Assembly (NCBI GenBank): GCA_038888155.1
Contig: JAWAJB010000010.1
Coordinates: 1 to 22,378, forward strand
Direction: 5' to 3'
Length of the DNA stretch: 22,378 nt
Source of the DNA: Desulfurococcaceae archaeon
Lineage (GTDB): Archaea; Thermoproteota; Thermoprotei_A; Sulfolobales; Desulfurococcaceae
Below are positions 16,650 through 22,378 of the stretch, piece after piece. The notes below the pieces were generated by a model that was given only the letters and a program-made list of their open reading frames with translations, had not been told where the DNA came from and made no database searches. A program made the position numbers and the translations under genes. How positions within the stretch are numbered: the stretch's first letter is position 1; the number at the start of each line of letters is the position of its first letter.

Positions 16650-18493
16650 GAGACGAGAAAAAAGTACTTGCTTTATACGTTATTGCGTTGACGGCTATCT
16701 CGCTTGTAACGATCTTTCTCATAGTTCCAAATGTATATCTATCTTTGGGGTCCATTTTCGCCGATTACCAGGCGATCCTATATAGTAATTTGACGCTACT
16801 CGAGAGATACACTTATGAAATTAAGGAGACTGGTAAAACCATGCTTTACAGGTACTGGGATGAACCCCTATACGTTGCACCTTGGAGCTACTTAAGTAAA
16901 CCCCATATTTTAGTTCTAGACATCACTTGTCCTCAAGGCTCGATACCGTACGCAAAGAACTATAACGGAGAAGTTCACATCTTCGTAAACAAGTTAAGTG
17001 AAAATTTAAAGGATCCCCAAATACTCGGCAACTACAGGAGTACAATCGAACTAATGGCTTACACGAATGAAGCAGGCTGCTACTTCCCAAGCGGAATTCC
17101 TCTTGGTAGGCATGAAGTTTCGCTTGTACTACAGCTAAACCCGCCTGTAAACATAGAGGGCGGGCAAGCTCACTTAAACATAAAGCTTGCAGAGTTCCAC
17201 GTTCCATATCGTAGCGTTCAAGTAACCCTAACTGGGTTTAACCCCTTGAAACTTTACGTTCATGTCCCAGAATACAGCGTAGAGAGGGGAGACACCACTA
17301 TAAATATCACGGGCTTTTCACCTAGAGATGCTCTCCTTGAACTAGAGTTAATAGTCAACAGGGACAACATAAATAGCACGCAAGTTTACGCTCGTAACTT
17401 GAGCGGGCTGGCTTCATTAGCAGATAGGGCCAACCTTTATTACAGCTTGACTTATGGAGCCGTCAAGGCAACTTATTATATTTTAGGAATATCCTTGTGC
17501 CTTTTCCCTGTGCTCTTAGTCGCGAGATATTTGAGGGTTGGCAAAGAAAAGGAGTTTACGATCCCAGAGTACATTAGCTACATACCCAACCCTCAGCGAA
17601 AGCCGTGGCAGGTGAATCTCCTATTTCACAGAGATGTCGTAAAGATAGATGAAAACGCCTTTTACTCTACAATACTTGATTTATATAGGCGCGGACTAAT
17701 TGACATTATAAAAACCGATAAAGAAGACATTGTACTAGCGATTAAAGAGAGCACCAATATAGGCAATCTTGATCAATATGAGAGGAAAGTACTATCCTTC
17801 ATCAAAAAATATAGTGTAAACGGGTTGTTTAGCTTTAGGGCCTTCTCTGAGAGAGCCAATCAAGCGGCGAGGACGAACAGGTATGCAACAATTCAGCTCA
17901 AGTCAGATCTCGACTCAGTTCTGAAAACCACAGAGGATCTATACGATTACGTTAAGCAGTTTATTGAGCCTAGGAAGCCAATACCACTAATTGTGGTTCC
18001 TTTAATGATTTTAGTCTTCATAGCTCTTTCGATTATCCTTCCAAAGGAGCCTGCATTCTACATATACCCTGGAGGCATATTGGCATTCTCGGGAGTTCTA
18101 ACCTTTGAATGCGCAATTGCCTATACCATGCCGTCATACGTATACGGAAGGTGGAAAGAGGAGTACCATCGCGAGAGCCTTGAGTGGAGTGCTTTTAGGG
18201 CCCTATTAAAGGACTTGGCGAAGTTAAATAGGTATGCACCTCACGACATCGTAATCTGGAAAGAGTGGCTCATTTACGCTACTGCGTTAGGAGTAGCAGA
18301 TAAGGTAGTAGAAGCCATGGATAAGCTAGGATTAATTATACCTAGAGAGGCATATTTACCATTGGTTGCAAGACCCATAGTTGCAAGCACAGCGCGCGTC
18401 CTTTATTCTCCACCAAGGAGTGGAACGGGAGCAGGAGTAGGGGGTTTTGGCGGAGGTGGAGGGTTTGGCGGAGGCGGGGGCGGAGTCCGTTAA
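16646..18493 (+). CDS. DUF2207 family membrane protein
   Basis: GTGA overlap with lemA; TM segments; TILDLYRRG, EW.AFR..L, WKEWLIYATALGVADKV; Gly-rich tail GGFGGGGGFGGGGGGVR. Confidence 0.88.
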   Translation: MRDEKKVLALYVIALTAISLVTIFLIVPNVYLSLGSIFADYQAILYSNLTLLERYTYEIKETGKTMLYRYWDEPLYVAPWSYLSKPHILVLDITCPQGSIPYAKNYNGEVHIFVNKLSENLKDPQILGNYRSTIELMAYTNEAGCYFPSGIPLGRHEVSLVLQLNPPVNIEGGQAHLNIKLAEFHVPYRSVQVTLTGFNPLKLYVHVPEYSVERGDTTINITGFSPRDALLELELIVNRDNINSTQVYARNLSGLASLADRANLYYSLTYGAVKATYYILGISLCLFPVLLVARYLRVGKEKEFTIPEYISYIPNPQRKPWQVNLLFHRDVVKIDENAFYSTILDLYRRGLIDIIKTDKEDIVLAIKESTNIGNLDQYERKVLSFIKKYSVNGLFSFRAFSERANQAARTNRYATIQLKSDLDSVLKTTEDLYDYVKQFIEPRKPIPLIVVPLMILVFIALSIILPKEPAFYIYPGGILAFSGVLTFECAIAYTMPSYVYGRWKEEYHRESLEWSAFRALLKDLAKLNRYAPHDIVIWKEWLIYATALGVADKVVEAMDKLGLIIPREAYLPLVARPIVASTARVLYSPPRSGTGAGVGGFGGGGGFGGGGGGVR

Positions 18494-18584
18494 GTTTGGC
18501 AATCCCACGTGAACTTGTGTTCAGCAACTTCCCAATAGAACAAACTTATTAGGAATAGCAATAAATCAATAATATGTGTGAACC

Positions 18585-19226
18585 ATGTTCGAGGAGATAA
18601 AGTTAAAGCTTCACGACTTAAGGTTGAGCGTTGCAGCTAAAGCCCTGGAGGCTAACGGATTTAAAGCTTACGTAGTCCCCGATAAAGAGAAAGCAAAGGA
18701 ATTAGCGCTAAACCTTATCCCCAGCGGATCAGTTGTTGGAGTCGGTGGATCTGTAACTATAAGAGAGTTAGGACTAATAGAAGAGCTTGAGAAGCGGGGC
18801 TTCAAGGTAATTCATCACTGGCTTCCTCTTCCTCCTGACGAGTTGTCAGAGGTTAGGAGGAAAGAACTTACAACAGACGTATTTCTCAGTAGCTCTAACG
18901 CTGTAACACTCGATGGTAAACTGGTAAATATAGATGGGGCAGGCAATAGAGTTGCAGCCATGATCTTCGGCCCTAAGAGAGTTATAGTTGTCGCGGGCAG
19001 GAATAAAATAGTGCGGAACGTTGAAGAGGGAATCTCGAGGACTAAGAACATAGCAACCATAGCAAACTCTATAAGGCTTAACAGAAAGCCGCCGTGCGTA
19101 ACAGCCGGTTACTGTGTGGATTGTAGGTCACCAGAAAGAGCGTGCAATATACTTGTTGTGCTTGAGAGAAAGCCGTCGAACGCAGACTATCATGTAATAC
19201 TAGTGAATGAAGACTTAGGGTTCTAG
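18585..19226 (+). CDS. LUD (lactate utilization/YkgG, DUF162) domain protein with C-terminal Cys cluster
   Basis: VGVGGSVTI, DVFLSSSNAVTLDGKLVNIDGAGNRVA, GRNKIV, PCVTAGYCVDCRSPERAC. Confidence 0.88.
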   Translation: MFEEIKLKLHDLRLSVAAKALEANGFKAYVVPDKEKAKELALNLIPSGSVVGVGGSVTIRELGLIEELEKRGFKVIHHWLPLPPDELSEVRRKELTTDVFLSSSNAVTLDGKLVNIDGAGNRVAAMIFGPKRVIVVAGRNKIVRNVEEGISRTKNIATIANSIRLNRKPPCVTAGYCVDCRSPERACNILVVLERKPSNADYHVILVNEDLGF

Positions 19227-19356
19227 GAGCATAGCTTGTTCAGGTATTATTTTTTACAAAATTTTCTATACATGTGAAGATCATATGTAACCTTTTATTG
19301 AGCAATGAGTAAGCACATATAAATTATGAAGGTGTAACTCAATTATAGGGAGAAAA

Positions 19357-20739
19357 TTGGAGTTATTCAATTGTCTTGAAATTCTAAATGAAATTGACAA
19401 TGAGACATTACTTAAGTCGGTAAACTTAGTTGTAAATCCCCCAACAATTAAAGAAGAGTTGAGCACAGCCATTATTCACAAATACGAGATTCCACAACCT
19501 ACTGCAGAATACATAAGAGTCGAGGACTTGGAAAAGCTTTTGGGTAGAAAAGCGTTAGATATCTTTGTCTGCTTAGATCAGGCTATAAGTCTTCGTCCAG
19601 AGCTACTAAAGAAATCCGCCGAAGGGGAGCAATTACCTGAAATATTTCGCGAACATATAGAAGAAATGGTAAAAACTGCGAAGATTATTGAAGGGCTTAA
19701 ATCAAATGATTTGAAGAGCGAAGATGAAGAAAAAAAGGAGATAATGTTCACAATTCCCTCAGAGAAGCAGATGGCCGTGGTAAAAGGTGATTGGGATAAG
19801 TGGTTGTGGGGCAAAATAACTTATGATTACGATGAGACACCTAACGTGAGTGCTTTAGCGAGCGAACTTGCGAATTTTGCCTTAGTTTTAAGGAAGGAGG
19901 GCATCAAAGTAGATGTTATCGCTGACTCCTTCATATACAATGATATAAGGGAGAAAGTAGGCTCAGAGACAATAGAGCTCGACATTCCTCCCAACCTACC
20001 TAATGTTCTCTACGTTAGAGATCCGAGCGTGGTGTGGTTTAAACACCCCGTTATAGGCAGCATGGTATTGGAACCTAGGCGAGGAGAGGAAGCAGTAGCG
20101 GCGCTGAGTTTTAGAAAACTGGGGTTGACACCGCTGCTGAGGATCCAGTGGGTACACGAAAAGAGAATGTTGTTTAAAGCCTACATGGAAGGTGGAAACT
20201 TCTTTGTAATTAAGACAGATGGCGGTGTTGCAGTTTTCACTGGGATTGGAGTCCGAGGATCAAACTGGGCTACCTTTAAAGCGCTATCAAGTATACTTCC
20301 CGAAGACGTAAGAATCATTGGAATACCCCTGTCAGGATATATAAGGGACTGGGCCACTGGGGCAACACACCTAGACGGCAGGTTCTCTTATCTTGGAGAA
20401 ACGAAAGGAGTTAGAGTAGCCTTAGTGGACCCATCAAAAATAGCTTTGTATTCTGCGCTTGAATACGACCGACAAAGGGGCTCCTTTAAGTTAATAGAGA
20501 TGTTGAAGCTAATGAAAGAGCTAGATATACTTGTCGACGAGCCACCAAGAGCCCCTGGAGGAAAGCTTAACCACTTAAACTTAGGTAAGAGGAAAATAGT
20601 AGTTGATTCATTTAATGAGCCCACCAATAGATACATTGAGAGAGTTTACGGGTTTGATGTAATAAGAGTAAACGTGCCGCACATCATAGCGGGGGGCGGC
20701 GTAGTAAGGTGCGTAACAAAGGAAATCTGGAGGGAGTGA
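19357..20739 (+). CDS. Arginine deiminase/amidinotransferase (pentein) superfamily protein
   Basis: YVRDP, R.GE, MEGGNF, G...RGSN, HLD and C-terminal GGG..RCVT with the catalytic Cys. The TTG start is uncertain. Confidence 0.85.
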   Translation: MELFNCLEILNEIDNETLLKSVNLVVNPPTIKEELSTAIIHKYEIPQPTAEYIRVEDLEKLLGRKALDIFVCLDQAISLRPELLKKSAEGEQLPEIFREHIEEMVKTAKIIEGLKSNDLKSEDEEKKEIMFTIPSEKQMAVVKGDWDKWLWGKITYDYDETPNVSALASELANFALVLRKEGIKVDVIADSFIYNDIREKVGSETIELDIPPNLPNVLYVRDPSVVWFKHPVIGSMVLEPRRGEEAVAALSFRKLGLTPLLRIQWVHEKRMLFKAYMEGGNFFVIKTDGGVAVFTGIGVRGSNWATFKALSSILPEDVRIIGIPLSGYIRDWATGATHLDGRFSYLGETKGVRVALVDPSKIALYSALEYDRQRGSFKLIEMLKLMKELDILVDEPPRAPGGKLNHLNLGKRKIVVDSFNEPTNRYIERVYGFDVIRVNVPHIIAGGGVVRCVTKEIWRE

Positions 20740-21884
20740 GCACTGTACTCCAGGGACTAATATAATGGTCTGCGCAGGGAAATTGATTTGTGGAGCACAA
20801 TGTGTACTTTTTATCCTTTTATTAAAATTCTTCTACTTTGTTGTTAATCGAAGCAGTGGCTTAGATTCGGTTTAATTTTTCTTAATGGTACTTCCTTAAT
20901 ATTAATTACACTTATTTTTTGCATCTACATCAGACTTGTTTTAAGTTCTATTAACTTTTATCTATTCAGTTTTCAGAGCGCTCTCACAGCGTAATCTAGC
21001 TATAGCCAAATTAACGTATACTGTACCTAAGAGCCATTCCTCTAAACTTCAGTAGTCAGGAGCGCACAAAAGGCTCGTGCATCTTGAACAACTCAGCTCA
21101 GTGTTCGCTGATAAGCTAGATGAAGACCTTATGAACCATTAAAACCTATCAATTTTTAGTAGATTTGATCAAAGGTATTCATGCGGCTTTAGGGAACAGC
21201 TAAATGTTGTTTTTGATTATTGCGCTCACTGGACTGCCTGTTCTCGTTGAGAACTTTGCTCAGTCCCAGTTGAAAGTGAAGTCTGGAAACGGCAATCAAA
21301 GCCTTCCTATCGTGATTTTGATTTTTAACTAACATAAATCAACTAGTAGAGATCTCTTTTAACCTCTAGATGAATTAAGATTTCATGACAGCTCAATTAT
21401 CTCTTCCCTCGCGTTAGTTGTGCGGTTAGAAACACACATCATTTCTCTCTTAATTTGCCGAGCTTAACCAGCAAGGCGTTGTAGTGCTTCGTGGTACCAA
21501 ATTTACCTTTTTAATGCTAATACTTCCTTTACAACGCGAATTTTCTTTGACGAACTACTCAGCTATCTCATATGCGCCACTTGCATGCTTCTAAGGAGCA
21601 AAACTCCCTCCGAAGTCAGTTAGAATTTTAGAAGTATTGCTATACTCTCTAAGCCGTTTTTGCCTTTAGTTAAAGGTTAAGCAAATGATTTATACAAATA
21701 TATTATTGCTAATTTTTGAACTCTATTAAATAAGTTCTTGACCAAAGGAACAATAGTCTTACGTGATCAATAATATCAACTAATTGGTACCAGTTGACCC
21801 GAGACCCTCCAAAACGATAATTTAAAATAGTTTATTTAGTAAGATCAAGACGAGGTAAAAATATACGGAAAATAAAAAGGCGAT

Positions 21885-22378
21885 TTAAATTTCTTTTTTA
21901 ACGGGATTTATAAGCGTGCCCACTCCAGAAACTTTAGCTTCAACCACGTCTCCATCCTTTAGGTACGACTTTCTTATATGTCCTATACCTGCAGGCGTAC
22001 CAGTTGTTATCAAGTCTCCGGGAACTATCTTTACCCCCAGACTCACTTCAGATATAATTTCCTCAATACCGAAGATCATATCTGAAGTATGTCCACGCTG
22101 TCTAACAACTCCATTGACTTTTAGGGTTAGATCAAGCGAGTATGGATCTTTAATTTCATCCTTTGTCACCAAATACGGTCCAACTGGAGTAGAAGAGTCT
22201 GGGACCTTTATGTGGTACCAGTCCATCCCCATGCTCGATTGAGTCCTTACCTGCCAGTCCCTAAATGATATATCGTTAAATACTGTGTACCCTGCTACGT
22301 AATCTAGTGCATTGCTTTTGTTTACGTACTTTCCCTTCCTCCCAATAACTACTCCCAGCTCTACCTCGTAATCTGGAG
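21885..22378 (-). CDS. Fumarylacetoacetate hydrolase (FAH) family protein, 5'-truncated by the window edge
   Basis: The frame is open from the window end: PDYEVELGVVIGRKGKYV...YVAGYTVFNDISFRDWQ...K..D...PVGP...PGDLITTGTPAGIG...LKDGDVVE. The 115-aa ORF in the track is only the C-terminal part. Confidence 0.93.
   Translation of the reverse strand, partial: PDYEVELGVVIGRKGKYVNKSNALDYVAGYTVFNDISFRDWQVRTQSSMGMDWYHIKVPDSSTPVGPYLVTKDEIKDPYSLDLTLKVNGVVRQRGHTSDMIFGIEEIISEVSLGVKIVPGDLITTGTPAGIGHIRKSYLKDGDVVEAKVSGVGTLINPVKKEI

Noticed and set aside
18420-18490. G-rich repeat resembling a G-quadruplex or tandem repeat
   Set aside because: Explained by the Gly-rich C-terminal tail typical of DUF2207 proteins.
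5786-22242. Other short overlapping ORFs in the track (5786, 10233, 13276, 13720, 13861, 14739, 15126, 16133, 16525, 16558, 16923, 18342, 18815, 19281, 19578, 20388, 21916)
   Set aside because: Each overlaps a confident gene in another frame or strand and has no recognizable features.
1-22378. CRISPR array, IS element or second att site
   Set aside because: I saw no regularly spaced 24-37 bp repeats, transposase, terminal inverted repeats or partial tRNA copy by eye.

Overview
Chromosomal segment of a thermophilic crenarchaeon (Thermoproteota; Desulfurococcales- or Thermofilales-like, inferred from the archaeal tRNA without encoded CCA, TATA/BRE promoters, a box C/D sRNA and the gene families). 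The left end is the border of a probable integrated element: an intact tRNA-Arg(CCG) followed by a pNOB8-type integrase gene that runs off the window. That gene has an in-frame amber codon near its 5' end and an inverted repeat across its start. The rest is mostly metabolic and cell-surface genes: an OYE-type flavin/Fe-S oxidoreductase, an ACMSD-like amidohydrolase, an unannotated box C/D guide RNA, a Zn/Mn ABC importer with a NikR-like RHH regulator and a DPPR-motif methyltransferase, a nucleotidyltransferase-like protein, PfpI/DJ-1, a 40-aa membrane micro-ORF, two divergent NosD/CASH beta-helix surface proteins sharing a repeated operator-like motif, an M20 peptidase, lemA-DUF2207, a LUD-domain protein, a divergent arginine-deiminase-family enzyme and a partial FAH-family gene. 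I found no CRISPR array or IS element and cannot claim a clearly new multi-gene system. The best leads are the interrupted, possibly autoregulated integrase, the C/D sRNA, the NikR-like metal regulon and a possible reciprocal switch between the two surface proteins. All family calls are from motif recognition by eye, not database searches.
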